Counted from the first letter of the stretch, positions 45,473-57,157 are shown. The stretch: DNA of 64,000 nt from Macrostomum lignano (GCA_002269645.1 NIVC01000029.1:1-64000), one strand, 5' to 3'. Numbers and translations are program-made. Notes: generated by a model from the sequence alone, not told the origin.

Positions 45473-46482
45473 GACAATCTCTGATGGCTCAGCATCCCCA
45501 TCCGCCCCCAACCTATAACGGATTTTCTGAATCCAATCAGCGCTTCTATTACCTGACTGCCATGCGTGTGGGTGGCATTTTTAAATCTCAAATGCAGTTG
45601 AAGATGAAGCGCGGATTAGCAAACCATCCACCCACCTACGCGTTTCCATTTAACTGGAACAAAAGGGTGCCATGATAGGAGTAGCTGCGTGTAGTCGCAA
45701 AGACTCAACTCGAGTGGAAATAGCGGTTGAATCTCATTATTACATTGCTCATAAGGAGATCTTGTTTTAGAATAGAGACAAGACGCCTGTCTCTCTGTCA
45801 GCATAAGCGCCTTGTACAAAGCGCTGATTTTACTAAGAAGGGAGACAAGAGCGTACACTGCAAGGGTGCTGCGTAGTTCTGACAAGCTGGCTGAGTTGTA
45901 CGAGATTGGATTCCCGATGAAAACGGTACCCAAGGCCAGAGTCGTTGCAGGTATCGCAAGTAAAAATAGGAAGGAAGTGACTCTAGACGACTTATAAACG
46001 AGGTTACGATACAAGTTACCAAAGAGTTGTCAAAGAGTCGCATAAGAATCAATTTAAGACGTTTTTTTCCGATTTATAGTCTGTGACTCTAAAAACGACG
46101 CTTATACGAGTACAATGATCCAACCACTAGACTGTGCGTACCCTAACTTACTGTGTACAAATTAATAAATTGACAAATACTGGCAAGTGATATGAGTGAG
46201 TTTTTACGCTTGTGCATGTTTGTGTTTAAGCATATTTACGCCAGCAAGCGCTCATTGAAGTCTGTGCCCTATTCAAGTTATAGCAGCAGGCGGAGCTTTT
46301 TATCTTTATTATCATATTCACGCAGATTCTACTGCATAAGATCGAAGCAGCGATCGTGACTAGTAATTAATCCAATAATTGGATGCAGTGAGGCGCAAAT
46401 ATTTCTATTGTGCCTTTAAAGCGGCTCAGCAGTCAGTCCCATTAACAGTTAATTAAGATACAATCAACAAGGGTTAAACAAC

Positions 46483-47541
46483 TGTAGTGATCCGCTAGTT
46501 GATGTTAGGCGTCCCACTTTGTCAGCAGTCTCCCTCGCCCTCGCCCTGGGTTGCTGTCTGCCGCTGGTCAGCTTCCCACCCCCCTTGGCCCGTCTGTTGC
46601 TGCCCTTGGCCTGTTCTGCCTTTCTGCGTCTCTGTTCTCAGCCCTCAGCTTCTCTGCTGTGGGCTGTCTCTGTTTCGTTCCCGTCCCGTTTTCCTCTGTC
46701 ATGTGAGCAAGTCACATGACAGACTCTGCGTTCTTCGAGTCCTAAAGTGCAGTAAACATGTTTACTGCACTCGTTGGCCCTGTTTACCGGGAGAATCACG
46801 TGCTTTCGGAACCCTCCCTTCTCTAAGGAGAGGAGTGACTCATGTTGCTAAAAATAGCAACTGAGTCACAGCCGCGTGTACTCTGGCCGGAGACCTCAAG
46901 TGACGTCAGTTCTAAAAATAGAACGAGTCACGAGGTCTTGCGCGCACTGAGACCCTGCCTCGAGATCTCAAGTGACGTCAGTTCTAAAAATAGAACAAGT
47001 CACGAGGTCTTGTGCGTGGGTGTTTCCCGGCTATAAATAGGACCCCTCTCCCCTTGTTTCCGTCAAGGATTTTGGCTTCTTATCTGCGGAGAATTCACTA
47101 AGAACCCGTGTGCGTCAGTGTCTAACTAAGTGCCCTTTGCGTACTGAATCCGTTTGTACTGGTCTGACTGAGACCCCACTAAAGCCCAAGCCTAAGGGAG
47201 GCTAACACTGCCTTCCCAGTCACCCCTGAGCCCGGCGGGGATCTGCTGATCAGGACGCCTTGTTCATTAATCTGCAAATCTGCACGCTGTGCTGAGTTCG
47301 TTGACTTGTTTATTTCGTTCCGACGGGAAGCTCACCTCATCGAAGGCCGAGACCTGAAGGAACTGGTGGCAGCACTACCTACGCTACTGAGAGAGTTGAG
47401 AGAACTTCCCTTTGAAGAGGCTCGAGACTTAAGGTAATCTTAAGTGCCTAACCGGGAAGAAACCCCATTGTACTTCACTGGTGGCAGCGGTGGGATTCAA
47501 AGACCTACCAGGCCACCCCGAGAAAACCCCATTGTATTTCA
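46483..47541 (+). repeat. 5' LTR, 1,059 bp
   Basis: By eye identical to the 3' LTR except one C in a homopolymer (C6 at 46579-46584 vs C5); TATAAA 47032-47037; 72-bp-period internal repeat carrying TGACGTCA twice. Confidence 0.97.
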
Positions 47542-47542
47542 C

Positions 47543-47562
47543 TGGTGACGCAGCGGTGGGAT
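47543..47562 (+). other. Primer binding site, tRNA-Leu-like with a 2-nt insertion (TGGTGACGCAGCGGTGGGAT)
   Basis: Starts 1 nt after the LTR-terminal CA; matches the complement of a tRNA-Leu 3' end (TGGTGGCAGCGGTGGGAT) apart from an extra AC. Confidence 0.75.
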
Positions 47563-47633
47563 CCGACTACGACACACCCAAGCCAACCGCTCTTTCGAGA
47601 ACGACATCGGCCAGTAACTACTACGAGTTCAAC

Positions 47634-48809
47634 ATGTTCAACGAACGAGACGAGAGCCGGTGCAGCAGCCGGCTGGATCAGCACATCAGCAGTTCGAGGC
47701 CTGCGGCAGCAGAAGCCGCCGCAGCAGCAGCAGCGGTCAACGACTTTGGTCAGCAGCCAACGCCGAGGCAAGGTGCGAGAAGCGACGTGTCCGACGACCC
47801 GCCAGACGAGCTTCTGCAAGGCCTGGACAACATCGGCCGGAACATCACGCACCAGGACGTGAGGACCATGATGGCAGCTCTGCAGCAGCAGATGGAGCGG
47901 CCTGTGAGTAAACAAGTTAAAATTGTAAAGTTTACTCCAAGTCAGGACATCCATGTCTGGCTTGCCGCGTTCGAGCAGCGTTGCGAGATGGAGCGCATCG
48001 TCGACCCGTTCGAGATGAAACAACACCTCATCGCGAGTCTCGATTTGGCTACTGCGTATCCAGCCTTGCTTGGTATGAATCTTCCACGTTTTGCCAGCTA
48101 CGAGGAGGTCAAGCAACGTCTGATTGAGCGATTTGCCCGTCATGGTGGTGCTGATGAGTATCGAGAACTGTTGCGACGTCGTCAACAAGGCAAGAATGAG
48201 TCAGCAGAAGAGTTTGCTGACGCCCTGAGAACTCTGGGTGAACGTGCATATCCTCGGATGCACCCTGAAGACCGCGAGAAGGAGATTGCTGATCAATTTC
48301 TTGCTGGTATCCGGACGACTCCAGACCTGCGTGAACGGCTGTACTGGGTCCGCCCAAATAATCTTCTTGCTGCGATTCGAGAACTACGACGACTAGAAGG
48401 CGCCAAAGAATTGGCGCAGCGAACCGCTCAACCCCCGGTTAGGATGTTGGACGGGGAGCAGGACGGCGACCCGAAGCCCGACGTCACCGCCCAAGCCTTG
48501 CTAACTCTAACCGACTTGATCGAGAAGCAGCAGCGACTGCTTGATCACCTGGTGCAGCGTGACCAACAGCAGAAGAACAGCCCGCCGGCGAAGACTACAA
48601 TCTGCTACGGCTGCGGACAGCCCGGTCACCGCAGTGCCCAGTGCCCGATGCGCCAGAACCAGGGAAACGGCCAGGCGGAGAGCGACAACGGCACCGCCCT
48701 CCGCGAGGTCCAAGCCCAGGCTACTTGGCAGACTCCGAGAGGTCACCAGAAGAAGAGAATGTCGGCTGTGCAGGCGCCAATGCCCAGTCCGACAGTCACT
48801 CGTCAGTAA
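47634..48809 (+). CDS. gag: Gag, ~391 aa from the first ATG after the PBS
   Basis: Capsid-like motifs (WLAAFEQ; RRQQGKNESAEEFADALRTL) and a CCHC knuckle CYGCGQPGHRSAQC. Confidence 0.9.
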   Translation: MFNERDESRCSSRLDQHISSSRPAAAEAAAAAAAVNDFGQQPTPRQGARSDVSDDPPDELLQGLDNIGRNITHQDVRTMMAALQQQMERPVSKQVKIVKFTPSQDIHVWLAAFEQRCEMERIVDPFEMKQHLIASLDLATAYPALLGMNLPRFASYEEVKQRLIERFARHGGADEYRELLRRRQQGKNESAEEFADALRTLGERAYPRMHPEDREKEIADQFLAGIRTTPDLRERLYWVRPNNLLAAIRELRRLEGAKELAQRTAQPPVRMLDGEQDGDPKPDVTAQALLTLTDLIEKQQRLLDHLVQRDQQQKNSPPAKTTICYGCGQPGHRSAQCPMRQNQGNGQAESDNGTALREVQAQATWQTPRGHQKKRMSAVQAPMPSPTVTRQ

Positions 48810-51800
48810 GTGACGCGGAGTGCGGAGGTTTCGTGGACACCTCCCCGAATCAAAAAATCCATGCGCGTGAGGCCGATCCGTACGTCACAGGTCGAGTTGC
48901 GAGTCGAGAGGTCCCTTTCTTGCTTGACAGCGGCAGCCGGAAAAACTTTCTTGGTTCGTCAACCTGGGCCGCTATTAGACGTCGGATGCCTCGTTGTATT
49001 ATAGCGCATGCTAATCCCGATTGCGTAACTATGTATGACGGGACGCAGCTCCCGCTTGCTTGTAAGGTGACCATCCCGGTGGAGTTCGGTGATGTCGTCG
49101 CGGACACCGAATTCCTCGTTACGGTCTCCGATTGTGAAAATTTACTTGGCGTATCATTTATGCGAGAGCACTGCCAGAACTTGGACTTCGCTCAAGGAAT
49201 GTTGAAGTTTAACAATGGCGCGTGCATCCCCGTTCGCTATTCGCGTCGTGAGCTTCAGAACTGCCGAGTGTACACCTCCGAGAAGTGCACCCTGCCGCCT
49301 AGAAGTTCAGCGCTGCTTGCCGTCAGACTGGATGACGGCCACCCTGAGAATCGAGGATCGCCATCAATTGTCGAGCTGGTTAAGTCGAGGCTGCATCCCA
49401 GCTGCAACGCTCTGGAAGCAGCGCCGCTCTGATGACGATGCCTGAAGGTCGCGGCTACATTGAGGTCGTCAACACCGCTGACAGCGAAGTGTTTCTGCAA
49501 GCCGGTATCCGTGTTGGTGTCGCGACGCCACTCCGAACTGCCGACCTGATGTACTTGAGCGAGACGCCAGAACCTGAAGTGCGACATCTCCCGAAGAACT
49601 CTGAAGAGTCCAGCACAGCATGGCTAGATGAAGTCGAGATCAACAGCGAATTGTCCAAAGAACAACATCAAAGAGTGCGAGATCTACTAGTCGAATGTCA
49701 AGCGGCCTTCTCCAAGCACCGCTAGACGCCGGCCTGACTCACCTGGTGACCCACGAGATCATCTTGAAGGACCGGACACCAGTTGCGCTACCACCGCGCC
49801 GAATCCCGCCTCATCTGAAGGACAAGCTCGACGCCCTGCTAGACGAGATGCTGGCGAAGCACATCATTCGCCCTGCCTACTCGAGCTACAATTCGCCAAT
49901 GCTCATCGTGCCCAAGAAGGATGGCAACATCCGACTAGTCCACGACTTCAGAGCTCTCAACGACAGGTGTGTGTATCACCCGTATCCGCTGCCGCACATC
50001 CAGGAAACCTTCGCGAAGCTTCGTGGTGCTCAGTGGTATTCCAGCCTGGACCTTGCTCAAGGATTCTGGCAGATCCCGCTGCGGGACTGCGACCAGCACC
50101 TGACGGCGTTCTCAGTAATCGACCGCGGCCAATTCTGTTTTAACGTTCTACCGATGGGTCTCCACGATAGTCCCGGCAGCTTTCAGCGTTGCATCAATAA
50201 GCTCCTGGACGGCCTGACGCCAAAGACTGCGCTTGGCTACATGGACGACATCGTGGTGCACTCAGTGACCTTTGAGGAACAGCTGGATAATTTGCGAACT
50301 GTACTCCAGCGCATCATCGCAGCCAACCTCAAAGTGAAACCGAAGAAGTGTCATTTGTTCCTCAAGGAGCTGCATTATTTAGGTCACGTCGTGACTCCCG
50401 ACGGCCTGAAGACCTGTGAGGACAAGATTGCGCAGATCCGTGATTGGCCCGTGCCACAGTCCGTCACTCAACTGAGACAATTCCTAGGCCTCGCCAATTA
50501 CTACCACAAGTTTGTCGACGGCTACGCTGGAGTGGCTGCGCCGCTGCATGCCCTGACGCGAAAGGACATTGGCAGCCTGCGGCAGCATTGGACTCCCGAG
50601 CATCAGTTAGCGTTCGACACTTTGAAGAAGAAATTGTGTTCTACTGAAGTTCTCGCTCTGCCTGAATTTAATTCTCATCCTGCAGTGAAGTTTGTCCTCG
50701 ACACGGATGCCTCTGATATTCGAATAGGCGCTTGCCTTGGACAACTGCAATCCGACGGCGTCGAACGTCCAATTGCATTCTTTAGCCGTAAACTTCGCGA
50801 TCCTGAGAAGCGCTACACGGTCACGAAGAAAGAGCTGCTTGCAATTGTGGACGCTATGCGACATTTCCGTCATTATTTAATTGGCAAGAAATTTGAAGTT
50901 CGATCCGATCATCGGGCCTTACTGTGGTTACTGAACCAGACTCAGGTCACAGGTATTTTAGGCCGCTGGATCGAACGCCTAAGCGAGTTCCGCTTCCAGC
51001 TCAACCACCGCAAAGGCAAGGACCACGTCAACGCCGACGCCCTGTCAAGAAGACCGGAGACACCACCGATCACCTTCGAGCATGGCCGACTCCTTGAACC
51101 ACCCGGTTCTGCAGCCCAACCCGGTGCCGGCGACAGCCCCAAGACTGAGCGCCGACGTTTCCTGGAAACGGACTTGGACGCGACACCCGAGGCCACTGCC
51201 AGAGCAGCCCTCCCGAAGACTGTCCACTCTCGCTCCTTGGAGGCCGAGACTGACCTGGACGAAGACCTGGAAGCCACCGCGCCAGCAGCCTTCCAGCACG
51301 ACGCCCACCGATGCAGTCAACGCCTGGAGTTCGGCCTGGACGACAACTCAGAGGCCACTGTGACAACAGCCCTCTGCAACGATGCCCACGCCGACTGCCG
51401 CTACTTGGAGACCAACCTGGACGAAGACCTTGAGGCCACTGTGGACACAGACCTCCTTGACGACGCCAAAGACTACAGGTCTCGGACTCTGGAGACGCCC
51501 ACGGACCAAGATTCAAAGGCCACCGCACCAGCAGCCCTTCTGATGACGGCCCGCAACGCAACTCCAGGCAAGCAATTTAACTACAACCCGCCGAGCCTTT
51601 CGCTGAGATTTCTCGCCGTGTTGACAGAGGCCAGAATCTCGCGCCAGCTGCAAGGTCGAAGCTCTGTCCCCCGGGCCGACAGACAGCTGCTCATCGCCTG
51701 TGCGGAAAGTCGAGTCCCCCCTTGCGACACCGCCCAGTGCAGGAGAAGACTCACCCAATTTTGACTACGATTGAGCCGACGGCTACAGCTGCCAGCGACG

Positions 51801-53959
51801 AGGCGTGCTTCACGTGTTGCGTCCCGCCCTACAGCCAAGAGTCGCCTGGGCTAGGCAGTGGAGGCATGCGCGCTGCTCCATCTGCGGATTTTTCTGTCAT
51901 GAGAGCGATGAAGAGAACTTCGATTCTAGATCAACGGACGTACGCCGACGTTGTGAGACAAAGTCCCTCGGAGCGACCTAATCCTGACGCCGACAAGACG
52001 GTGCCGTGTGATCGACCTGGAGCCATTAAAGCGGAGACTGCGGGAGTCATGACCCCTCAGCCATGCCGCGCTGTGCTCACTGATTTTCTGAAGCTGCCGA
52101 TGACTCGCCAACAGTTCGTTGACGCCCAACGCGCTGACCGAGCCATCAGCTACGTGCTCAACCTGGTCGAGAACGAAGCCCCGAAGCCTGAGTTCGACGC
52201 CCGGTTGCGACTGACTAAGGAGCAGCGGAATCTGCTCGGATACTACGAGAACCTGCAGGAGGACAACGGCCTGCTGCTGATTGATCTGACTGATGGCCAG
52301 CAGCCGCCAAAGGTTGTTCTGCCTGAGGCCCTTGACGCCCAGGTGCTCCAGGAGCTCCACAGTTCGCCACTGTGTGGACACCTCGGCGAGACGAAGACGT
52401 TACTGCGGCTACGAGAACGGTTCTGGAGACCCGGATTTGCCCGTGCTACCAAGACCTTCATCAGTAAGTGCCGCACTTGCCTTGAAAGTAAATCGCGACG
52501 GCGAGAGAGAGTTCCGGTCCAGAGCTTCCCAGTTTGCGAAGTTCTGGGTAGAATCCACTGTGATGTAGTAGGACCAATCGCGCAGAAGAGCAAGAGCGGC
52601 AACCGCTACATCCTGACTTTGTGCGATGCGACGTCGAAGTATCCATTCGCCTACCCGATGAGAAACCAGAAAGCCAAAACAGTCATCAAGCTTCTGCAGG
52701 AGCGCTTCATCCCCGAGTTCGGTGTACCATGCTGGATCCACACTGACCAAGGCACCAACTTCACCGGCTCAGCCTTCAAGAAGTTCTGCGACCTGTTTGG
52801 CATTCGGCATACGACAACAACACCGTACAATCCAGCTTCCAACGGACAAGTCGAGAACCTCAACAAACAGCTGAAGAGTGTCCTCACCTGTCTGCTCGAG
52901 CGCAACCACAACGACTGGGACACCTTCCTCCCGGCCTGTCTGATGGCTCTCCGCTCCAGCGTGCACCCGGTGACCGGCTTCACGCCTCACTACCTGGTGT
53001 TCGGCCGTGATTTCCGACTCCCGATCGACAACGCGCTGAAGAAGCTGCCCGAGTACGCCGACCTGCCCGACTACGTCAAGGACTTCCAACGTCGCCTGGA
53101 CGAGGCGACTGAGCTAGCCAAGGAGCGCCTGCATCTGCACCAGCAACTACGAGACGAGCACTATTCGAACCTGCCCGCCGCCAAGAAGCTTCAACCCGGT
53201 GATCTGGTCTTCCTCAACAACCCGGTACTCGAACCGGATGAGGCGGCGAAGTTTCATCGACCTCGCAAAGCGCTGTACGAAGTCGTCGAGCCCAAGGGCG
53301 AGGTCGTCTACAAGATTCGACGGAGACTGCCTAACCCGAGAGCTAGACGAGACGAACTAGTCGTCCATCGCCGGAACCTTCTGCTCGTGCCTGACGCTGA
53401 CTACACGAGAACTTCGGACCCTGAAGTCGACAAACCGAAGAAACGCCGGCGGCCGCCCGACGTCCCCGACGGCGCAGGACCCGCGACCCTGACGCCAATC
53501 CCCGAGGACGACCAGGACGACCCCGACGATGACGATGATGACGGCTACGACGCAAGGCCGGCCTTCCGATGGCACTTCCGGCCTTTGGCGATCCCGGAGG
53601 TGCAGCCAGGAGGTGGACCGGTCACGACACCAGCGAACCAGGCAAGTGCACTTCGGCGTGAGCCAGTGCCGTATGGTGAATGTCATTTGCATGAGCCTGT
53701 TCTTGATGCGTCTATGCCTTCTGTTTCTGTACCGTTCGTTTCTGCTCCCGCCCTTCGTGATGCTTCTTCTGTGGTCCAGACCCCTGGGCCGTCGTTGTGC
53801 ACCACTCCGGTGGAAGCGACTGTAGAATCGGTAGATGCCGGTAGGCCGGCTAGGAACCGTAGGCAGCCTGAGAGGCTGGTTATTAATCCTAGGGCCAAGA
53901 CTTATGTTAGTCGCACTGCCCGCAGCTGCGTGCACCGATCAACCCAACGCAGCGATTAA
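48662..53959 (+). CDS. pol: Pol (protease, RT, RNase H, integrase), entered by -1 frameshift from gag; broken in this sequence by three further -1 frame breaks
   Basis: Protease FLLDSG; RT (YSSLDLAQGFWQI, LPMGL, YMDD, YLGH); RNase H (LDTDAS, KELLAIV, RSDH, NADALSR); integrase (HHCC, DVVGP, TDQG, VENLN). Breaks at ~49427, ~49718 and within 51581-51764. No chromodomain or env seen. Confidence 0.92.
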
Positions 53960-54485
53960 CTCTGACTCTGTGGACTTGGTGCTGACAGGCACCCTCTGAT
54001 TTCTCCCTGCTCTACTTTATGTGGCGCCTCAATAGCGGGCCAGCGCCCCCGCAATGCGTACTCGTTTATCTTCCCGTGAACTGTTGTTCTGATGCAGTTC
54101 TGCATCCCCCTTCTCCCCAGTGACGGGCTCTACCGGCTTACTATGGTATCCCGTATATTTAGGCGCCCATTTTCCGGGCCGGCGCCCCCGAACCGCTGTC
54201 GGACTGATGTCCTGATTCTGCGTACGCCCGAGGGACTTGCCAGCCCCTCCGATTTTATTATTTTCTAGGGCTCTGCCTTGGCGTGGGCAACCCACTGCAT
54301 GGTGCTATTCGCGCTTTGCCATTTCGGGCCACAATCCTGACCTTGGCCCAGCCGTGTAATAATTGGTATGCCTTGTGACACTGTCATCCTTTTGCCAGGC
54401 ATTTGTAATAATTTTATTTAGTAAAATCACTATTTTGTTTATTAAATAAAGCGCGCTTCGCTTTCACTCCGCCTCTTCATTTGAA

Positions 54486-54494
54486 CGGGGAGAG
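54486..54494 (+). other. Polypurine tract
   Basis: CGGGGAGAG directly before the TG of the 3' LTR. Confidence 0.85.
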
Positions 54495-55552
54495 TGTAGT
54501 GATCCGCTAGTTGATGTTAGGCGTCCCACTTTGTCAGCAGTCTCCCTCGCCCTCGCCCTGGGTTGCTGTCTGCCGCTGGTCAGCTTCCCACCCCCTTGGC
54601 CCGTCTGTTGCTGCCCTTGGCCTGTTCTGCCTTTCTGCGTCTCTGTTCTCAGCCCTCAGCTTCTCTGCTGTGGGCTGTCTCTGTTTCGTTCCCGTCCCGT
54701 TTTCCTCTGTCATGTGAGCAAGTCACATGACAGACTCTGCGTTCTTCGAGTCCTAAAGTGCAGTAAACATGTTTACTGCACTCGTTGGCCCTGTTTACCG
54801 GGAGAATCACGTGCTTTCGGAACCCTCCCTTCTCTAAGGAGAGGAGTGACTCATGTTGCTAAAAATAGCAACTGAGTCACAGCCGCGTGTACTCTGGCCG
54901 GAGACCTCAAGTGACGTCAGTTCTAAAAATAGAACGAGTCACGAGGTCTTGCGCGCACTGAGACCCTGCCTCGAGATCTCAAGTGACGTCAGTTCTAAAA
55001 ATAGAACAAGTCACGAGGTCTTGTGCGTGGGTGTTTCCCGGCTATAAATAGGACCCCTCTCCCCTTGTTTCCGTCAAGGATTTTGGCTTCTTATCTGCGG
55101 AGAATTCACTAAGAACCCGTGTGCGTCAGTGTCTAACTAAGTGCCCTTTGCGTACTGAATCCGTTTGTACTGGTCTGACTGAGACCCCACTAAAGCCCAA
55201 GCCTAAGGGAGGCTAACACTGCCTTCCCAGTCACCCCTGAGCCCGGCGGGGATCTGCTGATCAGGACGCCTTGTTCATTAATCTGCAAATCTGCACGCTG
55301 TGCTGAGTTCGTTGACTTGTTTATTTCGTTCCGACGGGAAGCTCACCTCATCGAAGGCCGAGACCTGAAGGAACTGGTGGCAGCACTACCTACGCTACTG
55401 AGAGAGTTGAGAGAACTTCCCTTTGAAGAGGCTCGAGACTTAAGGTAATCTTAAGTGCCTAACCGGGAAGAAACCCCATTGTACTTCACTGGTGGCAGCG
55501 GTGGGATTCAAAGACCTACCAGGCCACCCCGAGAAAACCCCATTGTATTTCA
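54495..55552 (+). repeat. 3' LTR, 1,058 bp
   Basis: See 5' LTR; ends ...CCCATTGTATTTCA, followed by the TSD. Confidence 0.97.
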
Positions 55553-55606
55553 CAACGAACTCTAATCAACGTTACATGCGTCTCTTTTGGATTGCGCACT
55601 TTTCAG

Positions 55607-55744
55607 AGGAAATATGTACTGAATATGCCCTTGTCCCTGATGCTGGACAAGCTGTGTTTGTCCAGGTCTGTCTGTCTGTCTTAATGTCTTAGTGTCTTAG
55701 TGTCTGTCTGTCTGTCTGTCTATCTGTCTGTCTGTCTGTCTGTC

Positions 55745-55775
<31 letters not shown>

Positions 55776-55836
55776 GTCTGTGTGTCTGTCTGTCTGTCTG
55801 TCTGTGTGTCTGTGTGTCTGTCTGTCTGTCTGTCTA

Positions 55837-55867
<31 letters not shown>

Positions 55868-55876
55868 GTCTGTCTA

Positions 55877-55923
<47 letters not shown>

Positions 55924-55932
55924 GTCTGTCTA

Positions 55933-55963
<31 letters not shown>

Positions 55964-56040
55964 GTCTGTCTATCTGTCTGTCCGTCTGTCTGTCTGTCTA
56001 TCTGTCTGTCTGTCTGTGTGTCCGTCTGTCTGTCTGTCTA

Positions 56041-56075
<35 letters not shown>

Positions 56076-56155
56076 GTCTGTCTGTCTGTGTGTCCGTCTG
56101 TCTGTCTGTCTATCTGTCTGTCTGTCTGTCTATCTGTCTGTCTGTCTGTGTGTCC

Positions 56156-56191
<36 letters not shown>

Positions 56192-56332
56192 GCCCGTACC
56201 ACTTATTCCTTGCTTTAAATCTGTGCATTTAGATTGCAAGCAGCTGTCTATTGTCAGAGCTTCGCAATTTTCATCAATGAGATTAAATTTCACAGACAGT
56301 GGACGGCCAATTTCGGAGTTAATAGCGGCTGA
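55607..56332 (+). CDS. Candidate last two exons of an unidentified gene ([20 protein letters not shown] / [32 protein letters not shown])
   Basis: TTTTCAG acceptor; exon 55607-55665; GT at 55666; TTTAG acceptor; exon 56233-56332 in matching phase 2; the TGA overlaps AATAAA (56332-56337). No homology recognised. Confidence 0.35.
55666..56192. repeat. Compound (TCTG)n microsatellite with TTAATGTCTTAGTGTC interruptions
   Basis: Seen directly. Confidence 0.97.
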
Positions 56333-56792
56333 ATAAATATTTTCCCAATCTACTCAGCAGCAATTTTTAAGGAAAATCCATAGCTAACAACTTCATTTTA
56401 ACCGTAAAGCTGTTTCTGAGGCACCTGAAAATCATCATTTTGCTTTGACTCTGACTGAGTTCCGCCTGCAGCGAATGTCGAATGGTCGAAATATTTCTAC
56501 TGCGAATTAAAGAAATTTCTTCATAATTTACAGATTGGCCATCCTCTGCTGAAGATTCTTTGAAAAGCATGCAGTTTTTTTTAAACATAAGCACCTGCAA
56601 CCTACGCACCAATTAAAAATAATAGCTGGCAATTATTTATAATTCGTCGACAGCTTCTCTCAGTGAATGCTGGACAGTGGACACTCTTAGACTAACAGCA
56701 TCGGGACGACTTTAAAATAATAAAGCCAAGCTCTAGGAGCTGACCGTCACACAGATGACAAATGGAAGAAAACGCATAGAATATGTAATAAC

Positions 56793-56990
56793 GCAGACAG
56801 ACAGGCAGACACTAATACATTAAAACAGACAGACAGATAGATAGACAGACACTAAGACACTAAGACAGAGACACAGACAGACAGACAGATAGACAGACAG
56901 ACAGACAAACAGATAGACAGACAGACAGACAAACAGATAGACAGACAGACACTAAGACACTAAGACAGAGACACAGACAGACAGACAGAT

Positions 56991-57053
<63 letters not shown>

Positions 57054-57070
57054 TAGACAGACAGACAGAC

Positions 57071-57101
<31 letters not shown>

Positions 57102-57126
57102 CAAACAGACAGACAGACAGACAGAC

Positions 57127-57157
<31 letters not shown>

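Larger units (their letters stand above)
46483..55552 (+). mobile_element. Full-length Ty3/gypsy LTR retrotransposon (9,070 bp), recent insertion
   Basis: TG...CA LTRs 46483-47541 and 54495-55552; TSD CAAC at 46479-46482 and 55553-55556; PBS, PPT, gag, and pol in PR-RT-RH-IN order. Confidence 0.97.

Noticed and set aside
46499-47036. ORFs inside the LTRs (repeated at 54511-55047)
   Set aside because: U3 regulatory sequence with no recognisable protein features.
47481-47633. GTG-initiated N-terminal extension of Gag (also ORF 55492..55692)
   Set aside because: Starts inside the LTR/PBS region; the first ATG after the PBS (47634) is the more plausible start.
53960-54494. Possible env or extra ORF after integrase
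   Set aside because: Only a short antisense ORF; no signal peptide or TM pattern.
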